DNA from: Dipteris shenzhenensis
Lineage: Eukaryota
Length of the DNA: 64,000 nucleotides
NCBI GenBank assembly: GCA_047967505.1
Contig: CM106538.1
Strand: one strand, 5' to 3'
Part shown: piece after piece, positions 35,701-48,495 of the stretch
Layout: each line of letters begins with the position of its first letter
How positions within the stretch are numbered: position 1 is the first letter of the stretch
Notes under the pieces: model-generated
Database searches by the model: none
What the model was told of the DNA's origin: nothing
What the model saw: only the letters and a program-made list of their open reading frames with translations
Program-made: the position numbers and the translations under genes

Positions 35701-38700
35701 TTGCTGCATTTTTCCTTAGGGACATGAACATAAGCTTTATAGCCAAATACACAAAGATGCCCATAAGATGGTGGCTTGCCTGACCAAACCTCTTTTGGCA
35801 CTTTCCCATCTACCTTGCTAGGTGATCTATTGATAAGATGTACTGTTGTCTTGATAGACTCAGCCCAAAAGCCATGAGGTAGACCGGCATTAGAAAGCAT
35901 GCTTATATTCCTTTCTTGAATAGTTCTATTCATCTTCTCAGCAACCCCATTCTAAGAAGGATTCTCAGGAGTAATCAACTACTGCTTGATGCCACGTAGC
36001 TCACAAAAATTCCTTAATGCATGAGATGTATACTCTCCTCCATTATCAATGCTCAAGCATTTGAGCTTCTTGCCCAATTGATTTTCAGCAAATGCTAAGA
36101 ACTTTTGAAATGCATCAAAGACATCACTCCTCTTCCGAAGAGGATAAACCCACACTTTCCATGTAGCATCATCAATGAAAGTAGCAAAGTAAGAAGCACC
36201 ACCCAATGAGACATTAGGCATAGGTCCACACACATCACTGTGAACCAACTCTAATGGTTCAAGCCTCTTCTTGCCGAAAGATTTTTTATATGAAGACCGT
36301 GTTTGCTTCCCATACATGCAATGCTCACACATGCTAAAATCTAAAAAATTAAACCTGAGAACATACTGCAAACCAGAAAGTATCTTCATTCTTGTCATGC
36401 TCATGTGTCCCAAAGTCGATGATGCCACAAAGAGATGGATGGTTACTCGGTCACATTCATTATATTATCTCTTATGCCTGACACATGCATTGAGTACAAC
36501 GTTCCATGCTTGGAACCTCTAGCAATCACAAGTGACCCTTTGCTAATTTTCCATGTATTGTTGCCAAAAAATACATGATAGCCATCATCATCAAGCTATC
36601 TCGTACTTATCAAGCTCTTTTTTAGATTTGGAACATGCCTAACATTCTTGAGTACAAATGTAGAACCATTAGGAAGAGACAAATGGATATCTCCCACCCT
36701 AACAATGTCACATTGATAATCATTTCCAAGTCTCACGGTTCCTTTCTTTTTTGCATCATAAATGGTAAACCACTCCCTATGTGGAGTGACATGAAAAGAT
36801 GCTCCTGAGTCTAGTATCCAATTCTGTGACAATGCATCATCACTAGTCATAAGAAAAGCATGCTCAAAGATAGAGGCATAAAGAATGTCACCCTCATCAC
36901 TATTGTTGCTTATGGAATTCACTTCCTCTATATTGACCGTGGATTTCTCTTCCTTCTTGGGCTGCACATTAGCTTTGCCTTTTCCTCTATTGTTCTTCCA
37001 TTTGTAGCAATCCTTTTTGAAATGGCCTTTCTTCCCACAATAGAAGCGTTCTAAATCCTTTTTGGCATGGGATTTTCCTCTAGATTTGCTTCTAGGCTTG
37101 CTTGTATTTCTATCCCGGTAATTTCCCTTGGAATATGACCTCCCTCTCACATTGAGAGCACTTGAACTTTTAGTTCCAACATTGTTCTTTCTATTTACCT
37201 CCTTAGTGAGAATTCTACTCTCAACATCACTGCTTGTCAGGCCTCCTGCATGGGCCGAATTGCTTATAGCAGTCCTAAAAATGTCCTAACTTTCAAGAAG
37301 GGTGACCATAAGAACATTGCCTTAACTGAGCCATCAAAGGCAATTTTTTGAGCTGATAGTTGACTGAAAATTGTGTTAAAGTCATTTAAATGGCTAGACA
37401 TTGAAGTCCCTTCTTCCATGCAAAGATCTATGAGTTTCTTCAGCCAATACACTTGACAAATGGCACTTTACTTCTCATAAAGATCATGCAACTTTGTCCA
37501 CACACCATAGGCACCACCTGTAGTATCTTTCACATTGAAATACACCGATTTTGAAAGTGTAAGCATGTGCGTGGAGCATGCAAGCTCATCCAATTCCTTC
37601 CACTCTTCATCATGCTCCTAGTCCTCTGGCTTTCTGCCTTTGCATTTTATAGGCTTTACTTGCTTCTTTTGCACCAGAACATTGTAGATTTGCTCCTTCC
37701 AATAGGAGAAGTTTGTGCCATCCAACTTCTCAATGTCAAACAATGCATTCTCTGAAGCCAAAGCCATCACAATGGATGACAGAACAACTAGGATACACTA
37801 CACCAATGTACCAAACTCAAGCCCAAAAAATATCAATAGCAATGATGAGCCACACTGTCACTGTCACAAATACATGTTCTGCTATAAGTGACCTTAGGGC
37901 TTCCCAAAACTAGCCAATAGCTTTTGCACAGTAGCTCCGATGTAAAAAGTGTAAGCAGAAGAAATGTAGCTTGTACAAAAATCTACAACTTCTCGGTTTA
38001 CATCAAGTCCAAAACCCTTATAGATTTCCTTATATCTATTGTTGGAAACCACCACCTACAAACTTTTACTACTGTAATAATAGTCTGCAACAGTTTTGGC
38101 TTGTTTTGAACTGTCAATATCTTCCCAACCGTAACTCAATTGCCTTTGCTATAAACACCAAAGTTGTAGAGACAACCAATAAATCTACAAACTTCTAGTT
38201 TACTGTAGGTCCAAATTCATTATGGATTTTTTGATATTCACTACTGAAAGCAGCCCCCTGCTCACTTTTTCTAGCTGCTATCATAAACTGTCAAAACTGT
38301 AAATCATGGGCATACCAGGCATCATAACTGTTTCTCCAAATCTTGAATTGAAACGCTTTCGAAAACAAGATTGTAGATTGTCCAAAAAACAAAAACTTCT
38401 TAGTTCAACTCAGAAGACAAATCCTCATGGATTCTTTGATATTCACTTCTGAAAACAGCCACCTGCTCACTTTTTACTATTGTCACAAGACTACAAACTG
38501 CCAATCACCAACTTTTCCTCAAGCATTTGAGGCATAAACTCCAATGAAATAGCCCAACAATTCTAAAAATTATTGTCCAAAAAATTCCCTTGGTGGGAAG
38601 AGTATTGCATTAAAAAATAATCCCTTCCTAGGATACAAGACAACTTGCTCACTTTCTCAACCAAACAAAGGCTCAAAATGCATCAATTGTAAGCAATCAC

Positions 38701-39270
38701 TCTTAGCCAACCTTTGGCTTGATATGAATCAACTTGAAGGCATAAACCCAACTGAAATCTGAATGTACCAGCCGCCTTTGATCAACTGGAGTCCGCCACA
38801 AGCAAAAAACGTTTTTGCTATCGGGCCTCAAAAAAGCAACTTCTAGTGGCTGGAATTGCAAGGCAACAGGTCGTTTTTACCACATAGATGTATAATATTC
38901 CTTCTCCTCCACTCAAAGAAGGCAATAGACTATTGGAATAGTCGAGGCAACCTGATATATAAGGCTGAAATAGTAAAAACGAGCTAGTATATGTCAAAAT
39001 ACAGCTCCCAGGGGTAGCCCAGTAGGAGACTCTACGCAGTAAGTTTGAGCTCTTGGCATAGCAACAATGCAATGCTACAATCTCCTTATTGGCTTCGTTC
39101 AACCAAGCTCTGATACCAATTGATGGAGAGGAGGTCTTATCAAAGAGCAACAAAGAAAGGAAAAACACCAAAAAATGGTGGGTGCTAACCCACCCAGATC
39201 AAGATAAGCTCTTATTATGTATGTATGGTACAAAGGGGTATAGACTGGGCCATTGGCCTTTACCCCAACA
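32751..39270 (-). mobile_element. Ty1/copia element A2, full-length, decayed, same family as A1
   Basis: 150-bp LTRs at 32751-32900 and 39121-39270; TSD GTCTT on both sides; PBS gctctgatacca at 39107-39118; PPT from 32901; fragmented gag-pol collinear with A1. Confidence 0.97.
34019..34732 (-). mobile_element. Solo LTR inserted in the RT of A2
   Basis: 714 bp, TA(from TG)..CA termini, TSD CTTCT at 34014-34018 and 34733-34737; A1 shows the empty site. Confidence 0.92.
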
Positions 39271-39855
39271 GTCTTCCTAAGGCTACACGTGAATAGTAGA
39301 GTCGTGAGGGGTCCTGACAAGGGTCCTATGTAAAAGATTCTTAAGATTAAATGCTTTGCAAGAACATAATCAATTGCAAGTAAACATTTTGTAGGGGAAA
39401 AACATCGTGTGCCAACCCAAATGCTCGATGCATGCTTATTTTTCTCCACCACTATTGGTAGAGTGTGGATTGGCTAACACCTCTACATCTAATCAGGATC
39501 TAGTGGTAGGCACACCACTAAGGATTAGACTCAAACATGGTGTGCCAAACTTTGAGCTTACTACTGCACCTATTGAGCTCTAAAAAATAAACCAAAATTT
39601 TTTAGGCATCCATTAACATTTGCAATTGGACTAGACGTAAACAAAAACAATGCATCATGCACAACCCTTTGTGTCTATACTAAATTTTACAAAGTAAACC
39701 ATCTAGGACACATTGCAACATGAGGGAGCTACTCATTCCATTTGGCAATATATGCCCTAATGCACGAATTCAAGAAAGCTTGTCTCATTGCGAACAACTA
39801 CAATGTGAAAACAACCCCTACCAAGCTGAGATGGGTAATAGTTCAAGGATCAGGC

Positions 39856-42800
39856 TGTAAAGAATAAGGGAGAGAGATAGGAGACTCAAGTTCAACTTTC
39901 TTCACAACACTCAAAAGAGAGAGGACACAAGGTTGGAGGGTGAAGCCTTTCTTCACTTTTGCACACAACAACAATACAATAGAAGAGGGAAATACCCTAT
40001 ATGTCGAAACCTAGAATACGTGGTTCATATGTGAACCCAAACCAAAAACATACGTGGTAGTCTAACTACACCACGAGTACAACTAACATAGGCGGTGACA
40101 TAAATGATAGTCATCCAGGAGATATATCGGGGGTAGAGCTTGATATCTCAACACTCCCCCTCAAGCTCAAATCCATCTCACGTACACCAAGCAAGCTCCT
40201 AAATCTGCGAAGCTTCTCGGTACCCAATGCCTTCGTAAAAATATCAGCCACCTGCTCCTCAGTGCTGACATAGACAAGATCAATCTCACCAGCTAGAACC
40301 TTTTCTCTCACAAAGTGATAATGCACCTCAATGTGCTTCGTTCTAGCATGATAAACTGGGTTATTAGCAAGCATGATGCTGCTAATGTTGTCACAATGAA
40401 TGACAACTGTTGCATGAACTGACTGTCCCATATCTGCAAGTAGCTTCCGTAACCAAGCTACCTCACATGCAGCCATTGCTGCACCCCTGTACTCAGCCTC
40501 TGTGCTCGACAAGGCAACTGTTGGCTGCTTCTTGCTGCTCCAACAGATGGCAGCACTCCCAAGAGAAAACATAAAACCACTAGTAGATCTCCTGTCTGAG
40601 ACACTACCAGCCCAGTCAGCATCTGTGTATCCATGTACCTGTAATGCACACCCAGCTTCATAAAACAGTCCATAATGCAATGTGGACTTCACATACCGCA
40701 GTATGCGTCTAGCCGCATCCAAATGTGGCTTCCTCGGTGCCTGCATAAACTGACTCACCAGCCCCACAGCATAGCTCAAATCTGGTCTGGTTATAGTCAT
40801 GTAAATCAAGCTACCTACTATGCGCCTGTACATAGTAATATCTTCAAGAAGCTCACCTGTCTCTGCATTGAGCTTCACATTCTGCTCCAATGGAACAGAA
40901 ATAGGCTTACAGCCTGTCATCCCATATTTGGACAGCATGTCCAAACCGTATTGCCTTTGCAACAGCCATATCCCACTCGGGGATCTAATAACCTCAATGC
41001 CCAAGAAGTAACGCAGCTCTCCCAAATCCTTCATCTCAAATTTCTGCTTCAACAGCAGCTTCACTTCATTAATGTCTGCATCACTATCACCTGTAATAAT
41101 CAAGTCATCAACATAGATGACTACAAGCACAATCCCTCTGTTTGTCCTTTTCACATAAAGTGAAAAATCTGAATTGGAAATCTGAAATCCAATAGTGACA
41201 AGATATTGCCCTATCTTGTCTAACCATGTCCTCGGCGCCTGTTTTAAGCCATACAAGGCTTTGCGCAACCTGCATACAAAATCGGGGTGTGAATTATCCT
41301 CATAACCTTCTGGCTGCATCATATAAACCTCTTCTTGCAAATCACCATGCAAGAAGGCATTTTTCACATCCATCTGATGCAAAGACCATCCCTTTGCAGC
41401 AGCCATAGCAATTACTGCTCTCACGGTTGCCATCCTTACAACTGGGCTGAAAGTTTCCTCATAGTCAATTCCATATGTCTGTGCAAAACCTTTGGCAACC
41501 AATCTTGCCTTGTACCTGCTAACAGACCCATCAGCATTGTGCTTTACTTTGTAAACCCACTTGCAGCCAATAGCCTTCTTATCATGAGGCAAAGGCATCA
41601 AATCCCAAGTGTGGTTTGCATCCAAGGCAGCCATCTCTTCATCCATAGCTGCTTCCCAATTTTTATGCCCTGTTGCATCCTCAAAGCATGTGGGCTCTGG
41701 CTCCTCTAGAACCTTGACCATATAAGCATAGTGATGTGCTGTATACCCATCATATCTCAGCCTGTCAACTGGATACTTAATACGAGTGGACCTCCGTACA
41801 ACTGGATCAGTTGCAGGAGTCTTTAAATCATGCCTGCTTTTCCTTGCACCAGGTGTAACAACAAAAGGAATCCCAAGTTCCTCATCAAGGCTCATTTCAG
41901 AGCCACTTGACTCTCCATCAACATGAGAGCTACTAGCAGACACATCAAACACTAGAGCATGGTCCACTTTTTCTTTTCCCTTATGTGATACCTGCACAAC
42001 ACTATCAGGACTGCCATGTGACGATTCACTAGATCTCAATCTCCCTGTCCATGCATTAGATCCACTAGTAGAGGACTCTCTGGGTCCACTCAAGGCTTGA
42101 GATTGCTGCTCTGCATTTATTGCAGCATTCCCATTTCCTGCATCTGCATCTCCTACCATAACAGTTGGTGCATACCAGCTGCTCATTTCATCAAAAACAA
42201 CATCTCTGCTCACTTGCATTTTGCGGGTGGAAGGGTTATAACAGCGATACCCTTTCTGGTGCTGAGCATATCCTGTAAAGATGCATTTTTCTGCCTTTGG
42301 ATCCAGCTTTGTTCTCTTCTCATCAGGAACATGAACATAAGCTATGCAACCAAATACCTTCAAGTGAGAAATATCTGGTTTTTGGCCTGTATACATTTCT
42401 TCAGGCGTCATGCCATGGACAGCTGCAGTGGGGGTTCTGTTCATAATATAAACAGCAGTTGCTACTGCTTCAGCCCAAAAATAATCAGGCATGTTTTTCT
42501 CATTTAGGATCGCCCGTCCTACTTCTACAATATGCCTGTTCTTCCTTTCTGCAACCCCATTCTGCTGAGGGGTAGACCTGCATGAGTACTTCCTTTGAAT
42601 TCCCTGTTCTTTCAGATATTCACAAAATTCTTCTGAAAAGTACTCTCCCCCTCCATCAGATCTTAGCACTTTAATATGCACACCTTTCTCTTTTTCAACC
42701 ATGGCCTTAAAAGCCTTGAAATGGCTGAACACTTCACTTTTGTGCTTCATAAAATAAATCCACACCTTCCTAGTATAGTCATCAATAAACGTCACATAAT

Positions 42801-45354
42801 AATGGCATCCACCAATAGTAGCAGCTTTGGTTGTCCAAACATCTGAATGGATCACTTCCAAAGGTCTTCTGCTCACCTTAGCATTTTTGGGAAATGCATG
42901 TCTGGCCTGCTTACCCATTTGGCATGCTTCACATACCTTTTGCATTCCCTCAACTCTGAATTTAGGCAAACCTGCAACAATGTTTTTCGTTTGCATAGAT
43001 TTCAGCCTTTGTATATTCACATGCCCAATGCGCTTGTGTCATATCTCAATATCTGCAATGACACCTCTCCCATGCGCAAACATAGCAGCTTTCACCTCAG
43101 GCATATCAACATCCAAGGTGAACATTCTGCCATTTTTGTTGCCTTTCGCAACCAAGCGGCACTTATTTTTCAAGTCCTCAATGAAGCATCCATCAGGATT
43201 AAATCTAACCTCCAGACCTTGCTCAACCATCTGGCCAACTGAAACCAGGTTCTTAGTGATTTTTGGAACATGAAGTACATCTGCCAAGTACTTCGTTTTG
43301 CCATCCTGCATAGCCAATGGCACTTTACCAACTTGCGTAATTGGGTGCGCAGTATCATCACCTGTTTCAACATAACCTGGCTTATCCAAATTTCTAACAT
43401 CATGAAACCACTCACCATGACTGGTCATGTGGTTAGAGGCACCTGAATCAACATACCAAACATCATTGCAAGCTGCAGCATCTCCTGACATGGAGTTAAC
43501 CATATGCTGCATCACAAAAAGGTGCTCATTTCTGTCGTCACCATGCCCACTTGATGATGCGTAGTTGCTTTGCTGCAACTTCCCACTTTTGATGTCATTT
43601 TGTTTTTTATAGCATGTATTCTCCTTGTGTCCAGGCTTTCCACAATAATAGCATTCTGTGCTGCTATTTACTTGTTGGTTCCTTTGCCATGAACCACGGC
43701 CTCTTTGGCTCCCCCTGCCTCTAGAACTACCACGTCCTCCTCCATAGGACTGGTTTTCCTGTTGCTGCTGTTGATTCTGATTTCCTGCACGGCCACCAAA
43801 ACGGCCTCTTCCTCTACCCCTGCCTCTACCTGTATTCGAGTAGAAAGCAGTCTCTTGAGAAGTTGAGGTGGCTGAACCACCATTCCTTTGCTCTTCACTT
43901 AGCAAGAGAGCAATAAGTTCCTGAAAATCAGGAAATGTTTCACGGACTCCAATGGATGTCCGAAACTGTGCATAATCTTTCCCAAGACCATTCAAGGTCA
44001 CGGACACTAAGTCCTCATCATCAACAGGTGCTCCAATGGAGGCAAGAGAATCTGCAAGGCCTTTCACCTTCAAGGAATACTCATTTATATTCAGATTTTT
44101 CCTTTGCACATTGTGTAACTCCTGCTTTAGCTGCATCTTTCGTGCTTTGGTATTTGTGCTATACAGCTTCACCAATGTATCCCATGCCTCCTTAGGCGTC
44201 TCTACATCCTGTATATGCACAATCATAGAATCTGAAATGCTAACAGACAGCCAATACAGGCATTTTCTGGCTTTTTCATGCCATTCTTTAAAGGCCTTCA
44301 ATTCAGCAGGAGTGGGAGCAGTACCCAAAACTGGTTCTGCAGTTTCACCACTGATGTAATCCCAAACTCCCTTTCCCATAAGGAAATTTGTCATCCTGAA
44401 CTTCCATGCTTGGAAGTTGTTCTTGTCAAGCTTCTCACTGACAATGGTAGACAGATTCTCGGACATTTTACAAATCACGAATTGCAACAGCAACCTGTAA
44501 ACACAGCAAATGCCTCACAAGGGCAAATAGTAAAACTTCTGCAAAAAGCCTCACAGGGGCAGATCTGCAACACTGACAAAAGTGGTATTTCACCACACAG
44601 TCACTTCTTAGTGACGATTTTGCATCAACAGGCAACAGGCATGAATCTGCAACTCCCAATATCTCTGCACACAGGCATACGATGCAATTTCCGTGGCACC
44701 TTTCCACCGACTAGCCGCGCAGTGGTCGCACAGCGAAAAACAGGGCCTTTTTCTGAGTGCCTGCGAAGAACTTCCGCCTTCAAAACGGGCCCCGAAATGG
44801 CCTCAAATCAAAAAAATAAAGTCACCAAGGGCTTTGCCTTTCCCGCAGCATATACTGCGCTCTCGCCACACCGCAAAGGGCCTCTCAATCTGAAACAGTG
44901 CACTCCTGCACTTCTGGCTGTGCTACCTGCAGAGATTTGCTCCCAAACTCGAAATAGGAAAGCAACACTGGTCCTCTTATCAGGACACCACAAACTTGGC
45001 TTGCTTTCTTGAGCTCCTTACCACGAACAAGGCTTTGATACCATGTAAAGAATAAGGGAGAGAGATAGGAGACTCAAGTTCAACTTTCTTCACAACACTC
45101 AAAAGAGAGAGGACACAAGGTTGGAGGGTGAAGCCTTTCTTCACTTTTGCACACAACAACAATACACAACAACAATACAATAGAAGAGGGAAATACCCTA
45201 TATGTCGAAACCTAGAATACGTGGTTCATATGTGAACCCAAACCAAAAACATACGTGGTAGTCTAACTACACCACGAGTACAACTAACATAGGCGGTGAC
45301 ATAAATGATAGTCATCCAGGAGATATATCGGGGGTAGAGCTTGATATCTCAACA
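39856..45354 (-). mobile_element. Very young full-length Ty1/copia element
   Basis: LTRs at 39856-40153 and 45044-45354, identical by eye except a 13-bp duplication; TSD CAGGC; PBS tggtatcaaagcc (45043-45031); PPT 40154-40165. Confidence 0.98.
40111..44466 (-). CDS. Copia gag-pol polyprotein (1452 codons) with one premature stop at 43039-43041
   Basis: The 484-aa and 969-aa ORFs share one frame and read IEI*HKRIGH across the stop. Motifs: CYYCGKPGHKENTC, WYVDSGAS, IHSDVW/RSDGGGEY, YVDDL and RNase H. Confidence 0.95.
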
Positions 45355-45807
45355 CAGGCACTGCAAGAGAACCAGTGTCTAAGAATGTAAAAGATGTAGA
45401 GTTACAAATACTTCAAAGTTAATCATGTTTTCACAACAAAGTGCATGCATCCAACCCCACGCTACTTGCATGTAGCAAAAAACATCTCAAAGCAGTGCCA
45501 AAGACAGTAGTCCACAACGTTGCCTAAAGAAAGCACTCTCAAGGATGTGGTTGACCAGTAGTGTCGACCACCCACTTGCATTCCAACCCAAAGCTAAATG
45601 GAGAGAAGTCGCATAAGGTAGGTGCTCCCATCTACTATCCAAGATGCTCCCCTAATCATCACCATGTCTCAATAAGAGAGAATGTAGTTCTTGTCTGCGT
45701 AATGTTTAGAGGAGAGTCAACGAGTAGATTATGTAAAGAACATCACCACACAACACCTCATCTGGGCTAGAAACATTCATGGGTCAGGGCTCTCTGACAC
45801 TTATTGC

Positions 45808-46239
45808 AAAACTTTCCATCAAAATTAAGGATTTTCAATAATATTGAGTTTGATAAACACAATATGTCAAATCCTCAGGCACTCCAGGTTCCGAGGTCAA
45901 GGTCCACTTACTTGCCATCATCCAAACAAACTAGGTGTTAGAGCTTCATACTTACGTTTGGATAGATAAGTAATGCCTATTTTCCCTGGCTTATTATCGC
46001 TTTACCTAGGAATATAGACAACCATATGGATTATTAGATAATTTTAAAAAAAGTTTAAGTCACTAATGAAGTTTAAGTCACAAGTGGAGTAAGGAGCGAA
46101 TAAGTGCATGGTTTGAGAAGGGATAAGTGGAGGTATGGGAGGATTAGTGTGGTTGGTGTCTGGGGTGGTTAAAAGGAGAGTGTAAAGGTAAGATTTCATA
46201 GGGGTTACATAAAATAATAATTCATAGTGGGGGAGTATG

Positions 46240-46274
<35 letters not shown>

Positions 46275-47310
46275 GCTAGATATAAAAGTTAGTAAAAATA
46301 AAGTGGATCACAAAATGATGAGGGATTATCCATGCTAAAGAATTATCCAATGGATGTGGATTAACTATATGGCTCTAGCCCAACTAAAGGCTAGTTGGAA
46401 AATCAAAGTGTGTGTTTGGATTAAAAAGTCCCATCGATAATTGAGCCATACAATTAATTCCATCAATTGGATGAAAAGATTAATTTTTTAAAATAAGGGG
46501 AGGGAGGGGGAGACATATAAGAAAAAAATGTTTGAGACATCTAAGTTGAAAAGTGCAACAACTAGAGTTTGCAAAAATATCCATCAAAATTAAGAATTTT
46601 CAATACTATTGAGTTTGACAAACACAATATTGAAAAAAGATGTTGAATCCTCAGGCACTATAGGTTTTGAGGTCAGGGTCCACTTACCTACCACCATCCA
46701 AACAAACTAGGTGTTAGAACATCATAGTTACATTTGGCTAGACAGGTAATGCATGTTTTCCCTAGCTTGCTATCGCTTTGCCTAGGAATATAGACAAACA
46801 TATGGATTCTTAGATAATTTTTAAAAAAGATCATAAGCAACTACCTCACCATATGGACTGATCCAGGTGATTGAATCGTGCTAATCTTGTCTTATTTCAA
46901 TCAGCTCTCCAACTTTTAGGTCGCATGTGGCATGAATCTTTGCATTCAATGTCTCTCAAATGTATAAGGGTACGCATGGCAGTATGTACCCTGTTTAGAA
47001 GGGCCAATGCACTAACCTTTCTAAAAAACCTTCATTATAGTATCCCCACCATGAGCATGATGATTTACACGTGTCATTGTACAAAAATGTTTCATGATGG
47101 TCATATTATGTTATCCACGAAACAAGTTCAGTTCTTGACATAAATATAGTGTCTCAAAGAATTTTCCAGCACATTCACAGAGTGCATTGTCTTAGTGTCT
47201 TTGAACATTTTTAGGATCATATGCATACAAAGATCAACTTGGCATCAAGATTGTTTATGCTTTCATGGAACATTATATACACTTGTTAGTGCATGTACCT
47301 CATTTTCACC

Positions 47311-47346
<36 letters not shown>

Positions 47347-47823
47347 GGTGTCCGTGTGTGTGCACACATACACAACCATCTACTTGCACTTTAATGGGTC
47401 CACACCCCATGAGGGTCACCAGGTCCCCCTGTGGGGGAGGGGCACACCAAATGCATAAGTAGAAATAGGAAGTGTCCCTATCTCCCTTAATGCCACCACA
47501 TAGCTAAGAGTCAAAATGGCATGTCACCATAAGATTTTACCACTTAGGGTATTATGGAAAGAAATAGATTCTACCATGGTAAAATATTATGGTGACATGC
47601 CATTTGGACTCTTAGTTATGTGGTGGCACTAAGAGAGATAGGGACACTTCCTATCTCTACTTATGCATTTAGTGCGCACCATGGCCCCTCCTCCACGGGG
47701 TGGCTTGGTGACTCTTGTGGGGTGTGGACCCATGAAAGTGTGGGAGGATGATTGGGCACATTCATGTGCATGCATGCGCACACACACATGCACACATACG
47801 TGTGTGTGTGTGGGTGGTTGGGT

Positions 47824-47883
<60 letters not shown>

Positions 47884-48441
47884 CAAGACAATAACCGCTT
47901 TTGCATAGTAAAAACACAAAAGTGTCATGGTAAAGGATAGAAAGAGAACATTACAGAATTAAGGAAGAGTTTGAGTATGTAGGTAAAGCACCTACGAAAT
48001 TGCATAAAAAGTATATAAGAGCTTTGATAAGAAATGACGATAATGTTTTTGCAAAAAACATTTTTACAAAAAAATTGGAGCCTGGTGAAGTCTTGCTAAG
48101 CATCTCTTTATTGAAGAGGAGATCTGCATACCTGCCACCATCCAACAAGCAAACATGGTAAGAACCAGCTTTAATTGGGAAGACAGATGTCATAAACACC
48201 CCTCCCTTGTTATCAGGGTCACAATAAAATAGTGGCTTCAACACAGACTTAAACAACTTGATGTGAACTTTAAAGGTGTAAAAAAAGGGGGCTAGAGAGA
48301 ATTTAAAAAAAAGGAAAAAGGATTTAAAATTTTAGTTTTAATAAATAAATAAATAAAAATAATTGGGGGGAAATCAAGTGAATTTAGGAAAAATTATGGA
48401 GAAGGAAGAGGAAAAAATAGGAGAAAATCGGTTAAAGATGC

Positions 48442-48495
<54 letters not shown>

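Noticed and set aside
43039-43041. Programmed stop-codon readthrough between gag and pol
   Set aside because: The stop replaces a conserved Trp codon by one transition inside the integrase zinc-finger motif; copia gag-pol is normally a single ORF.
44278-45012. 244-aa plus-strand ORF in the young copia leader
   Set aside because: Antisense to gag and leader with no recognisable domain; likely incidental, though conservation across copies was not testable.
47629-47940. HT/CV-repeat ORFs
   Set aside because: Translations of (CA)n/(TG)n microsatellites.
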